Shown here: piece by piece, positions 10,023 to 18,876 of the stretch
Layout: every line of letters begins with the position of its first letter
Numbering within the stretch: the stretch's first letter is position 1
From: a virus
Taxonomy: Duplodnaviria; Caudoviricetes
IMG/VR virus record: IMGVR_UViG_3300028610_001416
Location: 1 to 60,001 of that record
Reading direction: 5' to 3' (one strand)
Length of the DNA stretch: 60,001 bases
The notes under the pieces: model-generated
Databases searched by the model: none
What the model saw: the letters and a program-made list of their open reading frames with translations, nothing else
Told to the model about the DNA's origin: nothing
Translations under genes and position numbers: made by a program

Positions 10023-13000
10023 ATGTTAGCAGTAATAACCCTCACAGCAATTTTTTGGTATTTAGTTTCAGTTGCCATTACGACAGCTATAGGGTATTAT
10101 GGTGGTAAACTTCTCGCAAAGGAACCACAAGAAGCTCCCACTGCTGAAGGAGATGCACAGAGTCGAAGTTGGAGGCCACGCACAACACAACAGGTAGGCA
10201 TTGTTCGACCTCGTGCTTATGGTCGTAATGGTCATCATGGCAATATTATTGCTAAGTGGACTGATGTCAGTGGTACAGACCGTGAAATTCTTTATATGAT
10301 TGTTGAACACTGTGATGGTCCTACACAAGGTGTTGTCTATGAAGATTTATATGTTAAAGATTTAGCTTTGGCAATAAATGGTGGTGTTGCTGTTGGCTCT
10401 GGATTTACCGGTACGGCACATGGTAATCCAGAAGATTGTTTAGACGGTAATAAAGATACGCACTATGGAGTGGATTCTTCTTTGTTCAATGATGTGTTTC
10501 AAAACTATTATGATGGTTGGGCACAGATAACAATCGAGGTAACCTTTGATGATACTATCACAACACTGGAGGAAGTAACTTATCATTTGACTTGGCTCTG
10601 TGTACCAGGATGGTCTTCCCAAACAAATTCTGTCTCAGTATATTATAGTGGCTCTTACCACGAAATAGGAACAAGTATTGATAGCCTTGTCACGATAGAG
10701 GGTCCTTGGAGCGACGTGACGAAGATGAAAATGGTATTATATGGCCGTTCGCTTTGGGGAGCAGAAGATACATATATGGGAATTCTTTGTTCAAGATTTG
10801 AAGCTCGGGTGAACACTGAAGAGGCCCAACAAGGTGCAGCAAAAATTTGGTTCAACAACCAGCCAGCAGCGAACTTTAGTAGTGTAGATATCCAAGAACG
10901 TGTAGGTACGATGGGTCAGTCATGTATGACAGGTTTCGAGAAGTTAAAACTTGAAGACCCACTAAGCATAGAACTTCTGTTAGGTGAACCAGTAATTTAT
11001 ACCACTCACAATGATTTCTTTGATGACCTTGAATGGACAATCATGTGGCCAAATGGACTTCGGAAGTATCATAAAGAAGGTGGGATGGATTACTCGACAT
11101 GCCATGTGAGAGTTCGTATTCGAGAACATGATACAGAGTCTTGGACGACCATCTTTACTGACGGTGTTTCTGTACGAACACCTAATCCATATTTTAAAGC
11201 TTACAAGGTTAGTGACTTTTGGGCAGACCTTGAAAGAGGTAAACAATATGATTTAGAATTTCAAAATATGACAGGCATCGCCGAACGTCATGTCAATAGT
11301 GTCTACATTAAAAGCGTTCGTGAAGTTGTTGACGTACCATTCACGTATCCAGGCAAAGCAATCATCGGTGTTACTGCATTAGCAACAAATAAATTAAGTG
11401 GTGATATTGATGTAATGGTTATTCGTGAAGATAGAATTGTCAACGTCTATGATGGCACATCGTGGAATTTGGAGTACAGTAGGAATCGTTCATGGGTTGA
11501 ATATGATGCATTTACACAACCGGTTATCAGTGGTGAAGGAACTGGTCCTGACCCATGGGTGATTGAATATTATGAAGGCCTTAGTCCAGAATACATGGAC
11601 CTTGATTTCTTTTATGATTGGGCAGAGTTCTGTTCAAGACAAGTAGATGATGGTTACGGTGGTCAAGAAGACCTTTGTGCTTGTGATACTATCATCGATT
11701 TCCAAACTAATGTATGGGAACTTGCAAATGAAATTGCCCAGATTGGTAGAGCTTATTTATACTGGTATGGAAATACACTAACAGGATACATCGATACCAG
11801 AGTAAGTGCTGCCAGTATAATTGATTTGGTTACTATGGATAATATAATGGCTCGTTCATGGAAGAATGTTTGGGTGGATGACACTGAGCTTGCAGGTAAA
11901 GTAGAAGTAATGTTTGCCGATGCACGTCGCGGTTATGAACGAACATCGTGTCCATTGCCTAATGAAGATGGTGGACATTATACGCGGGTAGTAACAATTG
12001 AAGGTGTTGGAATTACTACACGCGGGACAGCTATACACACCGCAAATTATGCACTTGAACGTAATCGCCTTATTAACAATATAAATAATTTCCGTAAACA
12101 TAAAGATGCTTTTAGGTATAAACTTGGGCAGGTTATTCGAGTACAATCTAAGCGACCAGACTGGGGTGAAGCATTTAGAGTTGTGAGGCAGGTAGCGAAT
12201 AATAAGGTTAAATTTGACAGACATTGTGCAGCACCAGCAGGCAATTTATTGTGGTTGAGAACTTTTGACTCAGTTAATAAGCGTATAAGGACAGATAGTT
12301 ATACCGTTATATCTGTATCAAATAATACAGTGACTATTGCAGAGACTTGGCTTTCACCGCCTCGTAAAAACGATAGTTGTGCAGTCGGTGGGACATCTGA
12401 TGTTCAAACACGTCGCATCATTAAATTAGATATACGAACAGATAACTATGTTGATGTGACAGTAGAAACTTATGATACTGACCTCTTTAACGCTGATGAC
12501 CTTGACCCTGATAATCCTGACCAACATTTTATCTGGACTCATCCTGCCAATCCATTAATGAAGCCGGTGACATGGCCTGCTATTATTGATATGATAAATG
12601 CAATGGCACCACCGCAACTTGATGTTGATGCACCTTCGACAAGCAATTGCAAGTGGACCGGGAGCGGTGGAGATACTGTGGCATGGTCTAAGTTCAATGC
12701 TGATGACCCTATCCTCTTTAGATATAAAGGTAACAGTTATGAAATAACAGCGGACAATACAACTGATGAATTCATTTATTGGGACCCCAGTTTTACAACA
12801 ACATTTAGACACACTAACGATGCTGCTGTTGCAATTACGTTAGGTAGATGGTATATGTGTAGAAATGTAGCCGGCGTTGCTTATCCTACTATACCATTCT
12901 CGTCAATTCATGCGGGTGTTCTTCAGGTTGGTACGATAACAGCAGCCTATGCACAGATTGCTAATGCTGCAATTGAAACTGCGAAGATAAAAGATTTGGC

Positions 13001-13388
13001 TGTAGAGACTATTAAAGTTAAAGATGAAGCAATTACTGTTCCAGCATCTGTTTCTGGTACAAGTTTAGTCTTTACAACTACAGGGAAGAATTTATATATT
13101 AGTACTTCTGGGCTGATTTGGTTTAGGCAAACTCACCCTGATGGTTGGCAGCAGTGGCGATTTCAAATACAGGTGAAGCGAGATGCAGTGGTTATTTACA
13201 ACACTGGGACATTGTACCATTGGACATATTTAGATAACCAATATACCAATATTCCTTGGGCATGTGGAATTACTGACGAGCCAGGTGCCGATACCTACAC
13301 TTATACAATAACATTTGGTGCTATAGAGGTGCATGGCGACGTAGCTTTCTATGTACCCAACATATTCATTATTGAGACAAAGAAATGA
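10023..13388 (+). CDS. Central tail tip/host-specificity protein (lambda gpJ-like)
   Basis: 1121 aa; 'PFTYPGKAIIGVTALATNKLSG', 'YSRNRSWV.YD', C-terminal 'AQIANAAIETAKIKDLAVET' typical of J-like proteins. Confidence 0.8.
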   Translation: MLAVITLTAIFWYLVSVAITTAIGYYGGKLLAKEPQEAPTAEGDAQSRSWRPRTTQQVGIVRPRAYGRNGHHGNIIAKWTDVSGTDREILYMIVEHCDGPTQGVVYEDLYVKDLALAINGGVAVGSGFTGTAHGNPEDCLDGNKDTHYGVDSSLFNDVFQNYYDGWAQITIEVTFDDTITTLEEVTYHLTWLCVPGWSSQTNSVSVYYSGSYHEIGTSIDSLVTIEGPWSDVTKMKMVLYGRSLWGAEDTYMGILCSRFEARVNTEEAQQGAAKIWFNNQPAANFSSVDIQERVGTMGQSCMTGFEKLKLEDPLSIELLLGEPVIYTTHNDFFDDLEWTIMWPNGLRKYHKEGGMDYSTCHVRVRIREHDTESWTTIFTDGVSVRTPNPYFKAYKVSDFWADLERGKQYDLEFQNMTGIAERHVNSVYIKSVREVVDVPFTYPGKAIIGVTALATNKLSGDIDVMVIREDRIVNVYDGTSWNLEYSRNRSWVEYDAFTQPVISGEGTGPDPWVIEYYEGLSPEYMDLDFFYDWAEFCSRQVDDGYGGQEDLCACDTIIDFQTNVWELANEIAQIGRAYLYWYGNTLTGYIDTRVSAASIIDLVTMDNIMARSWKNVWVDDTELAGKVEVMFADARRGYERTSCPLPNEDGGHYTRVVTIEGVGITTRGTAIHTANYALERNRLINNINNFRKHKDAFRYKLGQVIRVQSKRPDWGEAFRVVRQVANNKVKFDRHCAAPAGNLLWLRTFDSVNKRIRTDSYTVISVSNNTVTIAETWLSPPRKNDSCAVGGTSDVQTRRIIKLDIRTDNYVDVTVETYDTDLFNADDLDPDNPDQHFIWTHPANPLMKPVTWPAIIDMINAMAPPQLDVDAPSTSNCKWTGSGGDTVAWSKFNADDPILFRYKGNSYEITADNTTDEFIYWDPSFTTTFRHTNDAAVAITLGRWYMCRNVAGVAYPTIPFSSIHAGVLQVGTITAAYAQIANAAIETAKIKDLAVETIKVKDEAITVPASVSGTSLVFTTTGKNLYISTSGLIWFRQTHPDGWQQWRFQIQVKRDAVVIYNTGTLYHWTYLDNQYTNIPWACGITDEPGADTYTYTITFGAIEVHGDVAFYVPNIFIIETKK

Positions 13389-13693
13389 AAAACTTTATAG
13401 TATATGATGAACATGGGAAGATTTTACGAACCGGTTTTTGTCAAGATAATACTTTCTATTTACAAGCACAAGATGGTGAGTTTGTAATAAAAGGCAAAGC
13501 GAATGCTGCAACACAAAAGGTTGTCGGTATTGGTGTTGATGGAAAAGTAGTTGATAAAACTCCAGAAGAAATTGAAGCAGCAAAGCCACCACAACCAAAA
13601 CAAATTCCAGAGAGACAACAAACAGCAAATATTACTAACGAACAATTGGAAAGCATTGTGCAAAGACTTGACAAACTGGAGACAAAACAATGA
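13385..13693 (+). CDS. Small tail-associated protein
   Basis: 'FIVYDEHGKILRTG.C' start; overlaps the J-like stop. Confidence 0.55.
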   Translation: MKNFIVYDEHGKILRTGFCQDNTFYLQAQDGEFVIKGKANAATQKVVGIGVDGKVVDKTPEEIEAAKPPQPKQIPERQQTANITNEQLESIVQRLDKLETKQ

Positions 13694-13779
13694 GTGAGGT
13701 TCATGGTGTTGTACCAGAAAGGAGGTATAAATAAAACAGAAGCCGATGAAGTGGAAATATTAGCTGAAGAAGAAAAGAG

Positions 13780-14076
13780 GTGAAAATTATGAAGAGAAAT
13801 AGTTTTATTTTGTTGGTATTGGTTGTGTGTTTAATTGTGGTGGGATGTGTGGCACCAACTCAAGACAACCCGTTTGGTATTGCTGACCCCAATCAAGTTC
13901 AGGGTTGGATTGATTTTGGTGTTGGATTAGGGCAGGGTGCTGCTGCGGCTGGAGCAGCGACTGGTAATCCTTACTTGTTGGCTTGGGGTGCTGGATTGGT
14001 TGCTGGTGGTGGTATATTAACCTCAATATTGTTTGGTAGGAAAAAGAAAGAAGGTGAAGACAGTGGAACAGCTTAA
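13780..14076 (+). CDS. Lipoprotein/membrane protein (possible lysis accessory)
   Basis: Signal with lipobox-like 'IVVGC' and a C-terminal TM segment followed by a basic tail. Confidence 0.55.
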   Translation: MKIMKRNSFILLVLVVCLIVVGCVAPTQDNPFGIADPNQVQGWIDFGVGLGQGAAAAGAATGNPYLLAWGAGLVAGGGILTSILFGRKKKEGEDSGTA

Positions 14077-14329
14077 CAATATTGAATTGACACCGGCAAT
14101 GTTGGTACTCATTCCGGTTGTTGCTGCTATCATACAGCAAATCAAAAAAGTACCACAGTTAAAAGCGTATAGTTATTTGCTGCCGTTGGTGTCGCTTGCT
14201 CTTGGTGTTGGGTTGTGTTTTCTTCAGAAGTTACCAAACCCAATTATGGCTGGAATTTTAATTGGGTTATCAGCGAGCGGTGCTTTTGATGTTTTGAAAA
14301 ACAACTCGACTAAGTCATCTCCAACGTAA
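14063..14329 (+). CDS. Holin-like protein
   Basis: Three hydrophobic segments, 'LLPLVSLALGV...GILIGLSASGAFD' holin-type ending. Confidence 0.7.
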   Translation: MEQLNNIELTPAMLVLIPVVAAIIQQIKKVPQLKAYSYLLPLVSLALGVGLCFLQKLPNPIMAGILIGLSASGAFDVLKNNSTKSSPT

Positions 14330-14354
14330 GAACCAAAAAGGTTATCACTCCTTC

Positions 14355-14395
14355 ACAAGGGTGGTATTCAGTTAGGCTGGCCACCCTTGTTTATT
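14355..14395 (+). terminator. Late-operon terminator hairpin
   Basis: acaagggtgg / ccacccttgt 10-bp stem followed by T-rich bases, after the last late gene. Confidence 0.6.
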
Positions 14396-14540
14396 CCTAT
14401 ATTAAATTACAAACCGGGAGGTGCTGTAAAGATACTGTAGAATACTTAAAATAAAAATGAGAATTTTTTTGGTTGAAATCCTGCTTTTTAGTCTAAGAGT
14501 GTAGACTTCAAAAATATTTTTTATTTTTTTAATTTTATAG

Positions 14541-14569
14541 TTGACTATATAGAGTATGTTCTATAGAAT
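14541..14569 (+). promoter_or_regulatory. Sigma70-type early promoter
   Basis: TTGACT-17 bp-TAGAAT with an upstream A/T tract (UP-element-like). Confidence 0.75.
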
Positions 14570-14599
14570 AGAGTAGAAGTTAGTTATATTGAAAAGTTA

Positions 14600-14950
14600 A
14601 TAATATGCAGGGCAGTTAAAAAGGCAATGTCCAGAAATTGAGAACAGGCGGCGGTAGGCTAAATGTTGAAACCAAAAAATTAGAAAAATGTTGAGATAAC
14701 ATTTTTAGATGGTTTTTATTCCATTAGTAATTTTTTGTTTTTTTCAAGACCTGTTGAAATCGGAGAAATCCGGTAGCCATTATTTTTTATCCACTCCGAC
14801 GAACTCCAAATGTAAAACTAAAAACAGTCAACCAAAAAAATGGTTCGGTAAGCACCGACTTAGAAGGTTGCAAGTTTTTAGGTTTAGTTATTAACGCACT
14901 GTCAAAAAAGCCGAGTATGGGTGATAGGGCGGAAGACAAAAAAGGTAGAA
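14600..14950 (+). ncRNA. Candidate large structured RNA/leader
   Basis: Nested stems: aacagg/cctgtt, ttgaaa/tttcaa, caaaaaatta/taattttttg, aaaaatgtt/aacattttt, cgga-GAAA-tccg, actaaaaac/gtttttagg, tcggt/accga; no credible ORF. Confidence 0.45.
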
Positions 14951-14974
14951 ATAATAATTGTAAATCGAAAAGAT

Positions 14975-15015
14975 GGCTCCGACTGGTGTGTTGGGTTCAA
15001 GTCCCAAACGGAGCC
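14975..15015 (+). ncRNA. tRNA-like T-loop element 1
   Basis: ggctccg-actggtgtg-ttggg-TTCAAGT-cccaa-a-cggagcc. Confidence 0.65.
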
Positions 15016-15051
15016 TTATTAAATAATAGCTTTTTTGAAAGGATGGTAATT

Positions 15052-15285
15052 ATGAAGGCATTAAAAGACGGCAAAACAGTCACAATAACTCACAAAGAAA
15101 TTACAACAGTAGTCAGAATGAATGTCAAATATGATAATAATTGGGAAGAGTATGTTGTCCAAGTCTTTATCAACGGCATACTCGATGATGACAAATCATA
15201 TCATACTGATGATGGTGACGACGCTATTTCAACAATGCACACAATGTTGGCAGAAGCACAAAATCATCCGGAACGTTATCAATAA
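15052..15285 (+). CDS. Early hypothetical protein
   Basis: ATG 15052 preceded by GAAAGGATGG; the upstream part of the 14917 ORF overlaps RNA structures. Confidence 0.6.
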   Translation: MKALKDGKTVTITHKEITTVVRMNVKYDNNWEEYVVQVFINGILDDDKSYHTDDGDDAISTMHTMLAEAQNHPERYQ

Positions 15286-15291
15286 AACCCA

Positions 15292-15329
15292 GCCCTGAAC
15301 GGAACGTTGGTTCGACTCCAGCACAGGGC
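15292..15329 (+). ncRNA. tRNA-like T-loop element 2
   Basis: gccctg-aacggaac-gttgg-TTCGACT-ccagc-a-cagggc. Confidence 0.7.
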
Positions 15330-15368
15330 ATTAACTAATTTTATTAACCTTTTTGAAAGGATGGACAG

Positions 15369-15659
15369 ATGGCTACACAAAAATCAACCAAAAAGAGTTC
15401 AAGCAACAAAAAGAGAAAGGGCAGCAAAAAAGTCACGTCACGGAAGGAATCAAAAACAGACAGATGTGGACGTAGGCCAAACACTCAAGGTTTTCGAATC
15501 AATACTCATATTTCCAGAAAGCCAAAGAGTATCGACCAGCTTACTAAGGAAAGCAAGCTGCCAAGACCTCGTGTTGCAAAACATATCTGGGACATGACCC
15601 GAAAAGGGTTTGTGAAGAAAGACAAGCAGGGACGAGCTTCTTGGAAGAAGGAGAAGTAG
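15369..15659 (+). CDS. Basic winged-helix DNA-binding protein (paralog of the 25992-26780 C-terminus)
   Basis: Lys/Ser-rich tail plus 'DRCGRRPNTQGFRINTHISRKPKSIDQLTKESKLPRPRVAKHIWDMTRKGFVKK'; GAAAGGATGG SD. Confidence 0.7.
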   Translation: MATQKSTKKSSSNKKRKGSKKVTSRKESKTDRCGRRPNTQGFRINTHISRKPKSIDQLTKESKLPRPRVAKHIWDMTRKGFVKKDKQGRASWKKEK

Positions 15660-15703
15660 TTTTTATTGCAAGGAAGGAAAAGTAGTATTACCAAGGAAGG
15701 TAG

Positions 15704-15737
15704 GAGGGGTCAACAAGGAGGTTGGCCCTTTTTTTAT
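15704..15737 (+). terminator. Intrinsic terminator
   Basis: gggtcaac-aaggag-gttggccc stem followed by a T7 tract. Confidence 0.7.
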
Positions 15738-15777
15738 TGTTCTGAACGGAATGCTGGTTCGACTCCAGCACAGGGCA
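15738..15777 (+). ncRNA. tRNA-like T-loop element 3
   Basis: tgttctg-aacggaat-gctgg-TTCGACT-ccagc-a-cagggca; G-U-tolerant variant of element 2. Confidence 0.7.
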
Positions 15778-15813
15778 TTAGAAATTTAATAAATAAATCG
15801 AAAGGATGGTAAA

Positions 15814-16002
15814 ATGAAACTCAGAAAATTAATTGAGATGTTGGCAAAGCAAAATTGGAATGCTGAAGTAAAAATGGATTTCAGAAAAGAATTGTCACCC
15901 ACAAAAGCATGTACTTTGAATGACTGCAAAAACATCAAAAGCATTTCTTCTTTTCGTTCTAAAGGAAAACCGATAGTTTTGTTAACTATTAGGTCAATTT
16001 AG
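15814..16002 (+). CDS. Small early protein
   Basis: GAAAGGATGGTAAA SD; 'MKLRKLIEMLAK.N.NAEV' is a common small phage protein start. Confidence 0.6.
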   Translation: MKLRKLIEMLAKQNWNAEVKMDFRKELSPTKACTLNDCKNIKSISSFRSKGKPIVLLTIRSI

Positions 16003-16044
16003 CCAGACAGGCAGCCCTGTCCGGTTCAAGGCCGGACACTGGCT
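16001..16044 (+). ncRNA. tRNA-like T-loop element 4
   Basis: agccag-a-cagg-cagc-cctg-tccgg-TTCAAGG-ccgga-ca-ctggct. Confidence 0.6.
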
Positions 16045-16086
16045 TTATGAAAACGGAAAAAATTAAATATTTAAGGGAGAATTAAG

Positions 16087-17019
16087 ATGGCAAAGATAGA
16101 ATACATATCAAAAAACTTTCGAGGTGATAGTCTAAATTTGATAAAACAGGCAAATACAATCGTTGAAGATTATCAGCAGCAGGGATATGAGTTAACCATT
16201 CGGCAGGTTTATTATCAATTTGTAGCATTGGATTTATTTCCAGAAGAACGCAAGTGGACATGGACAGGAAGGAAATATGTAAAAGACCCCAATGGAACTA
16301 AGAATGCAAATCCTAATTATATATGGCTTATGACTACTGTTAATAAAGGACGGTTAGCAGGTTTAATTGATTGGGATGCTATTGTTGACAGGACAAGAGA
16401 GCCAGTTGAAAATCAACATTGGGACAGCCCTAAGGAAATCATCGAGACTTGTGCTCGTTCTTATAGGGTTGATACCAGGGAGACTCAACCTTATTATATT
16501 GAGGTATGGGTAGAAAAGGATGCCTTAGCAGGAATTTTAGAACGGGTTTGTAGAAGACTTGATGTGTTGAGTTTTGCTTGTCATGGTTATACAAGTTTGT
16601 CAGCCATGTGGGTAGCTGCTCAACGGTTAATAGCGAAAGAAGAAGAGGGTAAGGAAACAATTATTTTACATCTTGGCGACCATGACCCCAGTGGCTTAGA
16701 CATGACGAGAGATATTCAGGACCGACTTGACACATTCTTATCCAATGTTCATGTTAAGCGTATAGCATTAAATTACGACCAAGTCAAAAAATACAGTCCT
16801 CCTCCTAATCCGGTAAAATTAACGGACACTCGGAAAGATAAATACATCAATAAATTTGGAATTGAGAGTTGGGAGTTAGATGCCTTGAAACCAGAAGTCA
16901 TTGATGAATTGATAGCAAGGCATGTCAATGAACTAACCGATGACACTCTATTAGAGGAATTAGATGACCGGCAAGACGAGGAAAGAGAAGTATTAAACAA
17001 GATTGCAAAGAAGTTATAA
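16087..17019 (+). CDS. Topo VI-A/Spo11-like Toprim-domain protein
   Basis: 'LTIRQVYYQ' winged-helix Tyr region; 'VWVEKDAL', 'LHLGDHDPSGLDM', 'WELDAL' Toprim motifs. Confidence 0.75.
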   Translation: MAKIEYISKNFRGDSLNLIKQANTIVEDYQQQGYELTIRQVYYQFVALDLFPEERKWTWTGRKYVKDPNGTKNANPNYIWLMTTVNKGRLAGLIDWDAIVDRTREPVENQHWDSPKEIIETCARSYRVDTRETQPYYIEVWVEKDALAGILERVCRRLDVLSFACHGYTSLSAMWVAAQRLIAKEEEGKETIILHLGDHDPSGLDMTRDIQDRLDTFLSNVHVKRIALNYDQVKKYSPPPNPVKLTDTRKDKYINKFGIESWELDALKPEVIDELIARHVNELTDDTLLEELDDRQDEEREVLNKIAKKL

Positions 17020-17030
17020 GAGGTATAAAA

Positions 17031-17216
17031 ATGGAAAAGACGGATTTCAGAAAAGACCTTAAAAAGCTAATAGCAGCAAAAAAAATTAGTATTGCCCAAT
17101 TGGCACGTGATGCCGACTTGAGTTATGGAACGGTTTATTGTTACTTGAAGGGTTATACTGCGATTACCTCAGGCAATTTGGCTAAACTGTTTGACATATT
17201 GAATAGTGCCAATTAA
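17031..17216 (+). CDS. XRE/Cro-type HTH regulator
   Basis: 'ISIAQLARDADLSYGTVYCYLKG'. Confidence 0.8.
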   Translation: MEKTDFRKDLKKLIAAKKISIAQLARDADLSYGTVYCYLKGYTAITSGNLAKLFDILNSAN

Positions 17217-17238
17217 TAGTTTTCGAAAGGATGGTAAA

Positions 17239-18099
17239 ATGTTAAGGAATCCAAAACAATTAAAATTTATTGCACCAATACATATTCCTAATGGCAAATC
17301 AGGAAAGTATGAAATAAGTCACACAGAACATCCAGTTGGTAGGCCTCTCACAGTTGTCTCACCGCGTACTGCAATATTCACAGGGCAGGAGCCTTTGCGA
17401 GTTTGTTACAATGAACCAGTACCGATTACTGTTCTAAAGGATAAGGATGGTATATGGATGACTGATTCACCAGAAGAACAAGCCTCAGCTCATAGTGCTC
17501 TAACGAAATGTAAAGGACGGGTGTTAGTAGGTGGTTTGGGTTTGGGTTATTTTGTTAAGAAGTTGCAGGAGAAAAATAATGTTAAAAGTGTTGTGGTAAT
17601 TGAAATATCAAACGATGTTATTAGGCTTGTTTGGAATCATCTAAAACTTGATAAGAGATTTTCAATTTTGCGTACGGACATCAAAAAGTTTTTGAAAGGG
17701 TATAAAAGTAATCGGAAGTTTGATTGGGTCTATCTCGATATATGGCGGGGTGATGGTGAATCGGAATTTGTGAATACCGTCTTACCATTGAAAAGATTAG
17801 CTTGTGAAACTGTTTGCAGTAAAGTCGGTCACATACTGTCATGGCAAGAAGATGTGATGCTTAGCCAAATTTATGCAAGTTTAGTATCACGGATGATGAT
17901 TGACTTTGACAAAATTACATCAATGGATGTCAAAGAGTTTGACAAGGTGTTCAGACCAAATAATAAATATGCAATGGCGTACAGAACATTTTGGTTGTTC
18001 ATACGCAAGAATCAAGTGAATGCTGAAGGTGCAAAAGTTAAACTACCTGCCTACATGAGGTGGGTTGGTAACGGAATGAACGGGGACTTTCAAGGATAG
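17239..18099 (+). CDS. SAM-dependent methyltransferase (spermidine-synthase-like fold)
   Basis: 'WMTDSPEE', 'VLVGGLGLGY', 'VVVIEIS', 'FDWVYLDIW'. Confidence 0.7.
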   Translation: MLRNPKQLKFIAPIHIPNGKSGKYEISHTEHPVGRPLTVVSPRTAIFTGQEPLRVCYNEPVPITVLKDKDGIWMTDSPEEQASAHSALTKCKGRVLVGGLGLGYFVKKLQEKNNVKSVVVIEISNDVIRLVWNHLKLDKRFSILRTDIKKFLKGYKSNRKFDWVYLDIWRGDGESEFVNTVLPLKRLACETVCSKVGHILSWQEDVMLSQIYASLVSRMMIDFDKITSMDVKEFDKVFRPNNKYAMAYRTFWLFIRKNQVNAEGAKVKLPAYMRWVGNGMNGDFQG

Positions 18100-18114
18100 A
18101 AAGGATGGTAATAA

Positions 18115-18660
18115 ATGGGGAACGTGCTGCGTAAGGAAATATTGAGTGAGACGTATGAAGATATGAAAAAACTTATTTTTAAGGTTTCTTGGGAAATCAA
18201 AGCAAGCCATGGAGGAGAAATTAACGACTTGATAGGTCAAGCCAACCTGTTATTCATTTACGCACTTGATGAATATGACGAAACTGAATCTGGATTATCC
18301 ACTTGGCTAAGACGATATATTCGTGCTGGACTAAAAAACTATATTAGAAGTGAGCAAAGGCACAAGTCAAGGCATGTTCAAATATCTATTGATAGCATAG
18401 ATGTCAACCTCCAAGTGTTTGATTCGTTCTCTTTGATGGAATTGCTGGATGAAATGGGTGAGGATGCACTGACTATTGTGCAGTTGTTATTTGAAACCCC
18501 AAATGATATTCTCCTAACTGCTCTTAAAAGTGGTAAGCGAATGAACCATATGAAGAGTTATATGAGAAGACGATTGCGAAATAGGTTAAGACAGTGGGGA
18601 TGGACAGCTTGCAGAATTACAAAAACATTTGGGGAGATGAGGAAGGTAATTAGTCATTAG
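18115..18660 (+). CDS. Sigma-factor-like protein (region 2)
   Basis: 'DLIGQANLLFIYALDEYDE...LSTWL...IR..LKNYIRSE' resembles sigma region 2. Confidence 0.6.
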   Translation: MGNVLRKEILSETYEDMKKLIFKVSWEIKASHGGEINDLIGQANLLFIYALDEYDETESGLSTWLRRYIRAGLKNYIRSEQRHKSRHVQISIDSIDVNLQVFDSFSLMELLDEMGEDALTIVQLLFETPNDILLTALKSGKRMNHMKSYMRRRLRNRLRQWGWTACRITKTFGEMRKVISH

Positions 18661-18675
18661 AAAGGATGTACAAGA

Positions 18676-18873
18676 ATGTCAATGCAATTAACAAAGGAAG
18701 AGAAGAAGATTTACTCAGAAGTCATCCATGAGTGGCTTGAAAAGGATATAAATGTTTCACATCTTAGAATTGTTTGGGTATTGCGTACTGAACGCGGATT
18801 GAAACGGCATACAATGAGTGAGATGGCAAGACTTGTTAGGCCGAGGTTAAAACAGCAGAAAAAGAGAGGATGA
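18676..18873 (+). CDS. Hypothetical protein
   Basis: GAAAGGA SD; in operon. Confidence 0.55.
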   Translation: MSMQLTKEEKKIYSEVIHEWLEKDINVSHLRIVWVLRTERGLKRHTMSEMARLVRPRLKQQKKRG

Positions 18874-18876
18874 AAA

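Noticed and set aside
7483-13388. Diversity-generating retroelement targeting the tail genes
   Set aside because: No reverse transcriptase and no adenine-specific TR/VR pair seen
14471-14500. Fifth copy of the dispersed GGTYAAAA motif (ggttgaaa...ttagtct)
   Set aside because: The spacing is 2 nt off and the core is poorly matched
14615-14960. RNase P RNA (AGGCAATGTCC resembles GAGGAAAGUCC)
   Set aside because: No matching 3' P4 strand or other conserved regions found
14975-16044. tRNA genes suggested by GGTTCGACTCC/GGTTCAAGTCC
   Set aside because: Only about 40 nt with no anticodon arm and no CCA; reported as tRNA-like elements instead
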